Origin: Mobula hypostoma
Taxonomy: Eukaryota
Reading direction: 5' to 3'
Assembly (NCBI RefSeq): GCF_963921235.1
Contig: NC_086101.1
Span: 11,038,001 to 11,098,000 of the forward strand
DNA length: 60,000 bases
Within the stretch, counting starts at the first letter, position 1, and every line of letters starts with the position of its first letter. Position numbers and translations under genes: made by a program. The notes under the pieces were generated by a model. It made no database searches. It was not told the origin of the DNA and worked only from the letters and a program-made list of their open reading frames with translations. Positions 1-12,500 of the stretch are shown one piece after another.

Positions 1-47
1 GCAGTTATGGTCAAAATGACAATAAAAGGGACTTGACTTAACTTGAG

Positions 48-425
48 ATTTCACAGAGGTATACAATATATTGAGGGGTATAGATAGGGTAAATGCAAGC
101 AGTCTTTTTCCATTGAGGTTGGGTGGGAATACAACCAGAGTTCATGTGTTAAGGGTGAAAGGTGAAAAGTTTAATGGGCTCATGAGGGGAAACTCCTTCA
201 CTCTGAGGTTCGTGACAGTGTGGAACAAGCTGCCAACACAAGCAGAGCATGCAAGGTCGATTTCAATGTTTAAGAGAAGCTTGGTTAGGTACTGTACATG
301 GTTGGCAGGGGGGTGGAGGGCCATGGTCCCAGTGCAAGTCGATGGGGGTAGGCAATTTAAATGGTCCAGCATGGACTACATGGGACAGAGGGCCTTGTTT
401 CTGTGTTGGACTTTTCTGTGACTCT
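48..425 (+). mobile_element. CR1-clade LINE, 3' end fragment
   Basis: Translation RGIDRVNASSLFPLR...KGEKF...VWNKLP matches the CR1 ORF2 C-terminus seen in other copies here; followed by a CR1-type 3' UTR. Confidence 0.85.
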
Positions 426-552
426 GTGACTAAGGTTTGAGAAGAAACTGAAGAGTTGTGAACAAAGCCTGGTCCTTCATGCAAACCAGACTCTTCCACT
501 GATTCTGTCTACACTTCTCACTGGGTTGGGAAAGCAGCCGATATAATCACAG

Positions 553-1862
553 AAATACGAGGAAACTGCAGATGCTGGAAATTCAAGCAACACACACAAA
601 ATGCTGGTGGAACGCAGCAGGCCAGGCAGCATCAATAGGAAGAGGTACAGTCAACTTTTCGGGCCAACACCCTTCGTCAGGACTAACAAAGAACAGAGAG
701 TAAGAGATTGGAAAGTGGGAGGGGGAGGGGGAGGGGGAGACCGGAAATGACAGGAGAAAACAGGAGGGGGATGGAGGAAGTCAAGAACTGGGAAGTTGAT
801 TGGCAAAAGGGATACAAAAATGGAGAAGGGGGAGGAGCATGGGACGGGAGGCCTAGGGAGAAAGAAAGGGGGAGGGGAGCCCGGAAGAAGATGGAGAGCA
901 GGCAAGGAGTGATAGTGAGAGGGACAGAGAGAGAGAGAGAGAGATAGAGAGGGACAGAGGGAGAGGGACAGAAGGACAGAGGGAGAGGGACAGAGGGAGA
1001 GGGAGAGGGAGAGGGAGAGAATAATAAATCAATAACTAAGGGATGGGGTAAGAAGGGGAGGAGGGGCATTAACAGAAGTTAGAGAAGTCAATGTTCATGC
1101 CATCAGGTTGGAGGCTACCCAGACGGAATATAAGGTGTTGTTCCTCCAACCTGAGTGTGGCTTCATCTTTACAGTAGAGGAGGCCGTGGATTGACATATC
1201 AGAATGGGAATGGGACGCGGAATTAAAATGTGTGGCCACTGGGAGATCCTGCTTTCTCTGGCGGACAGAGCATAGGTGTTCAGCGAAATGATCTCCCAGC
1301 CTGCGTCGGGTCTCACCAATATATAGAAGGCCACACTGGGAGCACCGGACACAGGACATCACCCCAGCCGACTCACAGGTGAAGTGTCGCGTCACCTGTA
1401 AGGACTGTCTGGGGCCCCGAATGGTGGTGACAGAGGAAGCGTAAGGGCAGGTGTAGCACTTGTTCTGCTTAAAAGAATAAGTTCCGGGAGGGAGATTGGT
1501 GGGAAGGGATGTGGGGGGCAAATGGACAAGGGAGTCGTGTGGGGAGAGATCCCTGCGGAAAGCAGAAAGGGAGGGGATGGAAAGATGTGCTTGGTGGTGG
1601 GTTCCTATTGGAGGTGGCGGAAGTTATGGAGAATTATATTTTGGACCCGGAGGCTGGTGGGCTGGTAGGTGAGGACAAGGGGGACCCTATCCCTAGTGGG
1701 GTGGAGGGAGGATGGGGAGAGAGCAGATGTGAGTGAAGTGGCAGACATGCATTTGAGAGCAGAGTTGATGGTGGAGGGAGGGAAGCCCCTCTCTTTAAAA
1801 AAGGAAGACTTCTCCTTCATCCTGGAATGAAAAGCCTCATCCTGAGAGCAGATGCGGCGGAG
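553..1862 (-). mobile_element. Penelope-like retroelement, 5'-truncated (GIY-YIG endonuclease plus 3' pLTR region)
   Basis: ORF 1069..1521 has CY-C, 'CVRCSQCGLLYIGETRRRLGDHFAEH' and 'RLEEQHLIFRLGSLQPDGMN'; degenerate hammerhead motif at 649-684. Confidence 0.9.
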
Positions 1863-2230
1863 ACCCCACACACAGACCCCACCGACCCTTGTCATTCTCT
1901 CTTCTCCCCTCTCCCATTGAGTAGAAGATACAAACCCCTGAGAGTACAAACCAACAGACTCGAGGACAGTTTCTATGCCATGGTTATCAAACTCCTGAAT
2001 GGACATCTCACACACTGAGATATGAACACTTGTACCCCCAGTCTAACTCAACGCAGCACTCACACCTTACTGTGTAAATGTGTAATTACTTGCACTGTAA
2101 TTTCTCTGCAACAACAGAACTATATTCCACATTGTTTTCTTTTTACTACCTCAATATACTTGTGAATGAGATGATCTATCTGGATGGCATGCAAAACAAA
2201 AGTTTCCACTACACCGTGGTACAAATGGCA
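1863..2230 (+). mobile_element. Rex1/Babar-like LINE 3' end fragment
   Basis: DPTDPCHSLFSPLPLSRRYKPLRVQTNRLEDSFYAMVIKLLN resembles the Rex/Babar ORF2 C-terminus. Confidence 0.65.
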
Positions 2231-2241
2231 ATAATACTCAC

Positions 2242-2589
2242 TGAGAACACGCAGTTCAACTGTAGCTTGTTTCAAGTCAGTTCTGTCTTCCACTGAACAC
2301 ATATATTGCCCTTCATCGTTGAGCCTTACGTTCTTTATTCTGAGGGAAACATTTCCTTTGGTAATTTCATCTTTAAACAGTTCTGTCCTTCCTCTGTAAT
2401 CCTGGTGTTGGGCGAGGGGGTAATCTTGTCCATGTCTGTACACGTGGATGGGTGAGCTGAGACCTGATTTCAGCCACCACACTGTCATGTTGCTGGCAGA
2501 GGTTGGTGGGAGCATCTCACAATCCAGTACAACATCTTCACCTGCAATTGCTACAAAAGGCTCATCAGGTACAAGTAGGATAAAATCAC
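2242..2589 (-). CDS. IgV-domain exon of a butyrophilin/MOG/B7-family gene
   Basis: Acceptor tttctctccAG (2591-2590) and donor GTGAGT (2241-2236); 348 nt, phase 1-1, no stop codon. Protein DFILLVPDEPFVAIAGEDVVLDC...VWW...VYRHGQD...QHQDYRGRTELFKDEITKGNVSLRIKNVRLNDEGQYMC...VELRVL has both Ig cysteines, the core Trp and the BTN/MOG YRGRT-L and DEGxYxC motifs. Confidence 0.93.
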
Positions 2590-3271
2590 CTGGAGAGAAA
2601 TAATTGATAAAATAAGGAACACATGTTGAATATTGATGAGGAACTTGTTACCCAATATACAGATCAACCACATCACAACCAAGACTGTGAACTCAAATGA
2701 AAAAAATCTCAGCAAGTATTATGATTTTGATTACATACCATTAAATTGAAATGAGTAAATTGGTAGCTGGTTTTAACACAAGTTTGCATATAAATTTACT
2801 ACAGGTTATCATAACAATGTTAAAAAATATTGACTCTGCCCCTGCATCTACCCCACCCCCTGTAGCCATCAAAATAGTTTGGCATCCCACAGAGTACCAG
2901 GGTGGAAAATAACATCCCACAGTCACTCCACCACAACCCACCCAACAAGCATGAAGAAAGGGATGGTTTAGGTCCGAGGGTGGGTAATGGTGTGGGTGGG
3001 ACTCAGCACGGAAATCTGTATGTGAAATCCAACCAGGCTGAAGCTGGACAGAAAAACCTAAATTACAACAAAAAATTTGATGAGGAAAGTTTATTGCATT
3101 CCAAGTGCTCAAAGACCAACATTTGAGGGTTGAAGTAGCAACTTTATATTGACATTGTCCAGTCGTTATTTATTTTTTAATATAAATTGCAAGAAGCTGA
3201 GGCTCCATCATTACTCCCAATCAAATATCTCTCCTGCCATCTTGAAGCTCCATCACTGCTCCCAATCAAAC

Positions 3272-5140
3272 ATGATGACACAAAGTTTGGAGGTGTTGTG
3301 GATAGTGTGGAGGGCTGTCAGAGGTTACAGAGGGACATCAATAGGATGCAAAACTGGGCTGAGAAGTGGGAGAAGGAGCTTCACTCAGATAAGTGTGAAG
3401 TGGTTCATTTTGGTAGGTCAAATATGATGGAAGAATATCGATTTAATAATAAGACTCTTGACAGTGTGGAGGATCAGAGGGATCTTGGGGTCCGAGTCCA
3501 TCTATATACTACTAAAATTCTCATGCTCTGTTTGTCTGTTTGTGACCTCCAATTAGCCGAAACGGTGCATTACAGCAGCACTTTTTTTGACTAAATCGAC
3601 AAAATGTGCTAACTTACAGAATGCATGCAAACTTCAGGGTTATATCTATCTATATACTGCTAAAATTCTCATGCTCTGCTTGTCTGTTTGTGACCTCCAA
3701 TTAGCCCAAACGGTGCATTACAGGGGCACTTTTTTTGACTAAGTCGACTTAAAATGTTCTAACTTACAGAATGCATGCAAACTTCAGGGTTATATATTCG
3801 TATAAAATTGCTCACTCGTCAAAATCAACAAGCCCCGCTTTCACCCGAGCAGATTTCAGCTTTCACGGACACAACAGGATGACGCATGCGCACAGCCAGC
3901 CTCAGGAGCGACTCACGATGCTCACAGCAGCGACACCTACCGGAGCAAAAGGGCAGGGCAGCTCTATTTCCAGCGGTCACTTTCTGCTAATCACCATCAG
4001 CATGTGCAGGATTGGGACAGATCAAACTGAGACCCATCAATAAGAGATAATTAAATCTTATTGTAATGAAGTACTTCGAGACACCCGTCAAACCCTTTGC
4101 TGCAGTCAAAGGACAGCGGTGACTATATCACGGAGGAGAGAGGAAGACAGAAAGGAGCAGAGAAATGCACGTCTCCAAGATCAGAGACAAAGAATAAACA
4201 GAAGAAGAGATGAAGAGATGGCGGATGAAAGGACTGCATGTCTCCAGAATGACAACGAAAGGCACAAGGGTGGCAGATCAACCAGAAATGATGCTATCAA
4301 ATGTCTCCTTTGTTAAACAAGATGGAGCTATATTTGCCTTGCTATGCGCCTCTCTTCTTTAATAAGTTGAGTTTTTCTTCTTCAATTTCCAAAGCAAAGC
4401 GATACCAATAGCATTCAGGAAAATTTAACGTTCACTATGGTCACAACAGACCGCACTACCTTTCTCTGAAAGGGAGCCCCAAAGGGTCACCCCGTTGTCC
4501 AGCAGGATACTCACAGCTGCTACGCAGGTTGACTCTATGGTTAAGAAGGCATACGGTGCATTGGCTTTCATCAACCATGGGATTGAGTTTAAGAGCCGAG
4601 AGGTAATGTTACAGATTTATAGGACCCTGGTCAGACCCCACTTGGAGTACTGTGCTCAGTTCTGGTCACCTCACTACAGGAAGGACATGGAAACTATAGA
4701 AGGGGTGCAGAGGAGATTTACAAGGATCTTGCCTGAATTGGGGAGCATGCCTTATGAGAATAGGTTGAGTGAACTTGGCATTTTGTCCTTGAAGCGACAG
4801 AGGATGAGAGGTGACCTGATAGAGGTATACAAGTTGATGAGAGACATTGATCATGTGGATAGTCAGAGGCTTTTTCACAGGGCTGAAATGGTTAACACTA
4901 TTTAAGGTGCTTGGAAGTAGGTACAGAGGAGATGTCAGGGAGTGGTGAGCGCGTGGAACGGGCTGCTGGCAACAGTGGTGGAGGCGGATACAATAGCGTC
5001 TTTTAAGAGACTCCTGGATAGGTACATGGAGCTTAAAAAATACAAGGCTATGGGTAACCCAAGGTAATTTCTAAAGTAGGTAAATGTACGGCACAGCATC
5101 GTGAAGGGCCTATATTCTGCTGTAGGTTTTCTATGTTTCT
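3272..5140 (+). mobile_element. 5'-truncated CR1 LINE split by a Helitron insertion
   Basis: DDTKFGGVVDS...DLGVRVH (to 3500) resumes at 4503 with ILTAATQVDS...RPHLEYC; ends in a tttctatgtttcta tail. Confidence 0.9.
3501..4502 (+). mobile_element. Non-autonomous Helitron-like element
   Basis: 5' TCTATATACTACTAAAA; 3' imperfect hairpin aaagggtcaccccgtt then gtCCAG (variant of CTAG); sits at the A|T position of the host CR1 with no TSD. Confidence 0.75.
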
Positions 5141-5296
5141 ACCACTGCTGGCATCATGGCAAACAGAAATAAAACCCTGAAGCCAACTGCTCCAGATCCT
5201 CATTATCTCCGACACTTGCAGGATTTCTCTGCTGGGGTTCCGCAGATCCCGAGGGTTCTGCAAGAGATCATGATGTTAAAAAATATATTGTTTTCT

Positions 5297-6852
5297 GAAC
5301 ACACACAAAATGCTGGTGGAACTCAGCAGGCCAGGCAGCATCAATAGGAAGAAGTACAGTCGACGTTTCGGGCTGAGACCCTTCGTCAGGACTAACTGAA
5401 AGAACAGAGAGTAAGAGATTTGAAAGTGGGAGGGGGAGGGGCAGATCCGAAATGATAGGAGAAGACAGGAGGGGGAGGGGAGAGGCTAAAATCTGGAAAG
5501 TTGATTGGCAGAAGGGATGGAGAAGGGGGGAGGGTCATAGGACGGGAGGCCTAGGGAAAAAGAAAGAGGGAGGGCAGGCAAGGAGTGATAGTGAGAGAGA
5601 CAGAGAGAGAGAGAGAGAGAGGGACAGAGGGAGAGGGACAGAAGGACAGAGGGAGAGGGAGAGAATAATAAATAAATAAATAAGGGATGGGGTACGAGGG
5701 GGAGGTGGGGCGTTAGCGGAAGTTAGAGAAGTCGATGTTCATGCCATCAGGTTGGAGGCTACCCAGATGGAATATAAGGTGTTGTTCCTCCAACCTGAGT
5801 GTGGCTTCATCTTGACAGTGGAGGAGGCCGTGGATAGACATGTCAGAATGGGAATATGATGTGGAATTAAAATGTGTGGCCACTGGGAGATCCTGCTTTC
5901 TCTGGCGGACAGAACGTAGATGTTCAGCAAAACAATCTCCCAGTCTGCGTCGGGTCTCACCAATATATAGAAGGCCACATCGGGAGCACCGGACGCAGTA
6001 TATCACCCTAGCCAACTCACAGGGGAAGTGTCGCCTCACCTGGAAGGACTGTCTGGGGTCCTGAATGTTGGTGAGGGAGGAAGTGTAAGGGCATGTGTAG
6101 CACTTATTCTGCTTACAAGGATAAGTGCCGGGAGGGAGATCAGTGGGAAGGGATGGGGGGGACGAATGGACAAGGGAGTCGTGTAGGGAGCGATCCCTGC
6201 GGAAATCAGAAAAGGGTGGGGGGCATGGAAAGATGTGCTTAGTGGCGGGATCTCGTTGGAGGTGGCAGAAGTTATGGAGAATTATATGTTGGACCCGGAG
6301 GCTGGTGGGGTGGTAGGTGAGGACCAGGGGAACCCTATTCCTAGTGGGGTGGCGGGAGTATGGGGTGAGAGCAGATGTGCGTGAAATGGGAGAGATGTAT
6401 TTGAGAGGAGAGTTGATGGTGGAGGAAGGGAAGCCCCTTTCTTTTAGACCTCTCCTTCATCCTAGAATGAAAAGCCTCATCCTGAGAGCAGATGCGGTGG
6501 AGATGGAGGAATTGTGAGAAGGGGATGGCATTTTTGCAAGAGACAGAATGGGAAGAGGAATAGTCCAGATAGCTGTGAGAGTCCATGGGCTTATAGTAGA
6601 CAACAGTGGATAAGCTGTCTCCAGAGACAGAGACAGAAAGATCAAGAAAGGGGAGGGAAGTGTCGGAAATGGACCAGGTAAATTTGGAGGGAAAGTTAAT
6701 GAAGTCAACGAGCTCAGCATGCGTGCAGGAAGCAGCGCCAATGCAGTCGTCGATGTAGCGAAGGAAAAGTGGGGGACAGATGCCAGTATAGGCTTGGAAC
6801 ATGGATTGTTCCACAAAGCCAACAAAAAGGCAGGCATAGCTGGGACCCATCT
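5297..6852 (-). mobile_element. Penelope-like retroelement, 5'-truncated (RT C-terminal half plus GIY-YIG)
   Basis: MGPSYACLF...FLRYIDD...YYKP in ORF 6341..6916; GIY-YIG domain in ORF 5713..6039. Confidence 0.92.
5358..5393 (-). ncRNA. Minimal type I hammerhead ribozyme (Penelope-associated)
   Basis: Minus strand reads AGTC-CTGACGA-AGGG-TCTCAG-CCC-GAAA-CGTC-GACT: stem I AGTC/GACT, core CUGANGA and GAAA, stem II GGG/CCC, GUC triplet, palindromic ACGT in place of stem III. Confidence 0.82.
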
Positions 6853-7849
6853 GTGAGCTTACAGTAGAAATCAGTAGATAAGGGTGTTTGACCTGAAAGG
6901 CAAATTGCAGGTGCATTTTCTGGAAGATATTAGGCCAGATTTTGCTGAGTGATTTGAAGATGAAGAACGGCTGCAGAAACTAGCCTACTTAACAGAGATT
7001 TTTCATCATATGAACCAGTTGAACAAGTCTCTGCAATGTCCTGGAGAAAATGTTTTGACTTCAAGTGACAAGATTCTTGGATTTAAAAAGAAACTGAATC
7101 CTTTGAAAAATCATGTTGCAAAAAAAAATCTTCATATGTTTCCACTGTTGTTTGGGCTTGAGAGTGAGGAAGAATATCAGGGAGTCTTGACTCTTATTGA
7201 AAACCACCTGGAAGAACTGCAGAACAAAACTGAACAGTATTTTTGCTCCCTTTCAACTCAAGTGTATGACTGGTTGAAGGAATCTTTCTCTGAATCTTCT
7301 GCTCAGCCTAAGAGCCTGACTTTGAGAGAAGAGGAAGAACTTTGTGAGCTGCACTCTGATCATGCACTCAGGATTAGATTTAATGACCTGCCTCCGGACA
7401 AGTTGTGGATGTCTGTAGAAGGAGAGTATCCTGCCATTCATCTGAAAGCAATGAACATTTTGCTGCAGTTTTCAACTTCTTACACATATGAGCAAGCTTT
7501 TTCTTGCTGAACAAGCAAAAAGAGCAAGGATAAAAATCATCTCGTTTCAGCTGAAGGTGAAATCCATGTGTGCTTATCTCAAATTCGACCCAATATTCAG
7601 AAATATATTTTGTATGCCTTCTGAGTTTGTAAAATTTATGGAAGGGAAGGGAAGGATTAATTTCAAGAAAGGTCAGCTAAAATACTCCACTCAAAAGGGC
7701 ATTGACAATTATTTTTATATGATTATATCTACAACCTACTGATCACACTAACGTACTCTGATCTGTAGATATAATTTTTATTCAGGGGTTCCCTGAGATC
7801 TAAAAATTATTTCAACAGTTCCTCCAGGGAAGAAGTTTGAGAAAGGCTG
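6853..7849 (+). mobile_element. hAT (Charlie/Buster, ZBED5/SCAND3-like) DNA transposon, 3' remnant
   Basis: ORF 7010..7510 (LAYL-EIF-HMNQLNKSLQ...EYPAI...ILLQFSTSY-YEQAFS) resembles the hAT dimerisation region; right end GTTTGAGAAAGGCTG followed by ATCTAAAT (nnnTAnnn target). Confidence 0.85.
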
Positions 7850-9290
7850 ATCTAAATACCTGCTTGACAATTTTCCTCTGTGATCAATTGCTTGGAGATA
7901 TACACCAGAATTAGGCAGATGCAAGTTCCTGATGACAAGTAACCAACGCACTTTGGAACTTAGCAGAGATGGTTCCTCACACCATGTGTACCCCCACATC
8001 CCAATGGCCTGTGTGAGTGGTTTCACTGCTCCTGAAAGGCTGCTCTGAGGGCTTCCCTGACCTATGGGTCTTGGCATGATCATCTCCCATGGGTCCTCCT
8101 GAGGCTCAGAACAACTCCCAGAGGACCTGCCGTCATCCATGGCTGTTGGTATAAGGGCAGCCATTACATGACCCAGGTGATTTCATTCCTGACACCACGA
8201 CTGACTTGTCGACCATTCAAAATGTGCCACCCTCCTCAGTAAATTCAATTCCTTTCCACCTATTCCTGCCTCCCGTCATGGTGAACTGCACTCTTGGTTT
8301 CCTGTTGACCTACATTCCACCTCGTTTGTGTTCATCCGACATCAGACCCCTAATGACGACCCATTCAACATTTTGGAATGGGGAGAAAAGACCGTTATCA
8401 CAGATAAGAGGGGTAAACCTTAACATATTTTGGTAGATCACCTTAAACTGACCCACCAGGATTTGGAGGATTCCGCTACCAGGCACCTGGTGTCACAACA
8501 TGACCGTGAGTGTGTCAACACTCCTCTGGAGGAGCCGAGGCACCTGCTGTTCCTCCTCCCATGGAACAGAGAACCTGAGCTGGGCAGCTCGTCCAAACTC
8601 AGGACAGATTAAAAATGCCGGTCTTAGTGAATTATGGGGGGTTGTATGGTAATGTAATTAGTGGAAATATACATAATTCATAACTACCAACATTGTGTTG
8701 GAGCTTCACTTTAAAAGGCTTGTCTAACTTACTTACATTAAGTTTTTTAACCATGCATTGTGTTCAGGGTTTGGACTACATTTTTATTTGTGAAAACCTA
8801 CAGTGTTCTCTAAAGACAGAGTGCACTGACGAAAAGCTTTTGGATGGAAGGTCGACTTTCGGATGCACAGATCCCAAAATGTGCAGATTTTATAGTCAAG
8901 GGCATTTGAACAAGATGTTCCTGACTTGCTGTTCACTGCATGTTTAACATTCCTTTACAGATACAATATCATATCACTTATACACCATAAATTTGGCACA
9001 GAGCCTAATGATGACCTGGCCTCACAAATATTGCTGAATGCAAAACAAACTTTGCTTTCTCAATTTACAAGATTGGTACATTAATTATTCTGGAGGATAT
9101 GGTGATGTTTTGCTTCCTTGAACTGCTCCATTACTTCTGGTGAATGTCTCCCAGTGTTGCTGGGGAGGGTGTTCCACCATTCAGACACTGCTGGGGAAGG
9201 GATTCCTATACAGGGTGTGTCTGAGCCACCAAATGCAATGCTGGTAAAAAGGGAAAGGCCCAGCAAGGAATTTTAGGAATCCACCACTGG

Positions 9291-9410
9291 AGTCCCGATG
9301 AAGGGTCTCAGCCCGAAACACTGACTTCTAATCCTTCTCCATAGATGCTGCCTGACCTGTCAGAATTCCTCCAGCATTTGCTGAGTTACTCTGGATTTCC
9401 AGAATCCGCA
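9291..9410 (+). mobile_element. Penelope pLTR fragment with degenerate hammerhead
   Basis: agtcccgatgaagggtctcagcccgaaacactgact...gatgctgcctgacctg matches the 3' end of the other Penelope copies. Confidence 0.75.
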
Positions 9411-9554
9411 CAATTGTCTGTCTGTGTCTGCGTGCACGTGCGTGCGTGTGTCTATTGGTTTTTCCATGTGTTTCATGGGAGTTGTAGCAGGAGTCATTGT
9501 GGGAGTTTGAGTAGATACACACCAATAACTAAACTCAATGCTCTCATAAATTCA

Positions 9555-12500
9555 CATAGAACACAGAACATAGAATAGTACAGCACACTACAGGCCCTTC
9601 GGCCCACAATGTTGTGCCGACCCTCAAACCCTGTCTCCCATATAAGCCTCCACCTTAAATTCCTCCATATACCTGTCTAGTAGTCTCTTAAACTTCACAA
9701 GTGTATCTGCCTCCACCACTGACTCAGGCAGTGAATTCCATGCACCAACCACTCTCTGAGTAAAAAACCTTCCTCTAATATCCCCCTTGAACTTCCCACC
9801 TCTTACCTTAAAGCCATGTCCTCTTGTACTGAGCAGTGGTGCCCTGGGGAAGAGGTGCTGGCTATCCACTCTATCTATTCCTCTTATTATCTTGTACACC
9901 TCTATCATGTCTCCTCTCATCCTCCTTCTCTCCAAAGAGTAAAGCCCTACCTCCCTTAATCTCTGATCATGATGCATACTCTCTAAACCAGGCAGCATCC
10001 CTGGTAAATCTCCTCTGTACCGTTTCCAATGCTTCCACATCCTTCCTATAGTGAGGTGACCAGCACTGGACACAGTACTCCAAGTGTGGCCTAACCAGAG
10101 TTTTATAGAGCTGCATCATTACATCGCGACTTTTAAACTCTATCCCTTGACTTATGAAAGCTAACACCCCATAAGCTTTCTTCACTACCCTATCCACCTG
10201 TGAGGCAACTTTCAGGGATCTGCGGACATGTACCCCCAGATCCCTCTGCTCCTCCACACAACCAAGTATCCTGCCATTTACTTAGTACTCTGCCTTGGAG
10301 TTTGTCCTTCCAAAGTGTACCACCTCACAATTCTCTGGGTTGAACTCCACCTGCCACTCCTCAGCCCACTTCTGCAACCTATCAATGTCTCTCTGCAATC
10401 TTTGACAATCCTCTACACTATCTACAACACCACCAACCTTTGTGTCATCAGCAAACTTGCCAACCCACCCTTCAACCCCCACATCCAGGTCGTCAACAAA
10501 AATCACAAAAAGTAGAGGTCTCAGAACAGATCCTTGTGGGACACCAATAGTCACAATCCTCCAATCTGAATGTACTCCCTCCACCACCACCCTCTGCCTT
10601 CTGCAGGCAAGCCAATTCTGAATCCACTTGGCCAAACTTCCCTGGATCCCATGCCTTCTGACTTTCTGTATAATCCTACCGTGTGGAACCTTGTCAAATG
10701 CCTTAGTAAAATCCACATAGATCACATCCACTGCACTACCCTCATCTATATGCCTGGTCACCTCCTCAAAGAACTCTATCAGGCTTGTTAGACATTATCT
10801 GCCCTTCACAAAGCCATGCTGACTGTCCCTGATCAGACCATGATTCTCTGAATGCCCAGAGATCCTATCTCTAAGAATCTTTTCCAACAGCTTTCCCACC
10901 ACAGACGTAAGGCTCACTGGTCTATAATTATCCGGACTATTGCTACTAACTTTTTTGAACAAGGGGACAACATTCACCTCCCTCCAATCCTCCGGTACCA
11001 TTCCCATGGACAACGAGGACATAAAGTTCCTAGCCAGAGTCTCAGCAATCTCTTCCCCTGCCTCGTGGAGCAGGCTGGGGAATATTCCATCAGGCCCCGG
11101 GGACTTATCCGTCCTGATGTATTTTAACAACTCCAACACCTCCTCTCCCTTAATATCAACATGCTCCAGAACATCAACCTCACTCATATTGTCCTCACCA
11201 TCATCAAGTTCCTTCTCATTGGTGAATACCAAACAGAAGTATTAATTGAGGACCTCACTCACTTCCACAGCCTCCAGGCACACTTTCCCACCTTTATCTC
11301 TAATCGGTCCTCCCTTCACTCCTGTCATACTTTTTTTCTTCACATAATTGAAGAATGCCTTGGGGTTTTCCTTTACCCTACTCACCAAGGCCTTCTCATG
11401 CCCCCTTCTTGCTCTTCTCAGTCCCTTCTTAAGCTCCTTTCTTGCTTCCCTATATTCCTCAATAGACCTATCTGATCCTTGCTTCCTAAACCTCATGTAT
11501 GCTGCCTTCTTCCACCTGACTAGATTTTCCACCTCACTTGTCACCCATGGTTCCTTCACCCTACCATTCTTTATATTCCTCACCGGGACAAATTTATCCC
11601 TAACATCCTGCAAGAGATCTCTAAACATCAACCACATGTCCGTAGTACATTTCCCTGCAAAAACATCATCCCAATTCACACCCGCAAGTTCTAGCCTTAT
11701 AGCCTCATAATTTGCCCTTCCCCAATTAAAAAATTTCCTGTCCTCTTTGATTCTATCCTTTTCCATGATAATGCTAAAGGCCAGGGAGCAGTGGTCACTG
11801 TCCCCCAGATGCTCACCCACTGCGAGATCTGTGACCTGACCCAGTTCATTACCTAGTACTAGATCTAGTATGGCATGCCCCCTAGTCGGCCTGTCCACAT
11901 ACTGTGACAGAAATCCGTTCTGGGCACACTTAACAAACTCTGCCCCATCTAAACCCTTAGAACTAATCAGGTGCCAATCAATATTAGGGAAGTTAAAGTC
12001 ACCCATGATAACAACCCTGTTATTTTTGTACCTTTCCAAAATCTGCCTCCCAATCTGCTCCTCTGTATCTCTGCTGCTACCAGGGGGCCTATAGAATACC
12101 CCCAATAGAGTAACTGCTCCCTTCCTGTTCCTGACTTCTAACTCTACTGACTCAAAAGAGGATCCTGCTACATTACCCACCCTTTCTGTAGCTGTAATAG
12201 TATCCCTGACCAGTAATGCCACCCCTCCTCTTTTTCCACCCTCTCTATCCCTTTTAAAGCACTGAAATCCAGGAATATTGAGAATCCATTCCTGCCCTGG
12301 TGCCAGCCAAGTCTCTGTAATGGCCACTACATCATAATTCCATGTATGTATCCAAGCTCTCAGTTCATCACCTTTGTTCCTGATGCTTCTTGCATTGAGG
12401 TACACACAATTCAGCCCTTCTACCTTACTGTCTTTACACCGTTTATTCTGCTTCTCTTTCCTCAAAGCCTCTCTGTATGTTAGATCTGGCTTTACTCCAT

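Noticed and set aside
915..1020. GA-rich repeat and Pro/Ser- or Gly/Glu/Arg-rich ORFs (also 5590-5665, 53420-53835)
   Set aside because: Low-complexity tracts, mostly within Penelope 3' regions; the ORFs are compositional artefacts.
2120..2515. ORF-track 131-aa protein as a single-exon gene
   Set aside because: It starts after the first Ig cysteine and reads through the splice donor into intron; the real unit is exon 2242-2589.
3196..3270. Two ~29-bp direct repeats resembling a CRISPR-like unit
   Set aside because: Only two copies in vertebrate intronic DNA; a simple local duplication.
7010..7510. Domesticated ZBED5/SCAND3-like gene
   Set aside because: Stops on both sides, 5' truncation by a Penelope copy and a retained terminal repeat indicate a dead transposon.
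7900..8620. Possible extra exon or RTE-like relic in the intron
   Set aside because: No convincing splice-bounded frame or diagnostic motif; too decayed to call.
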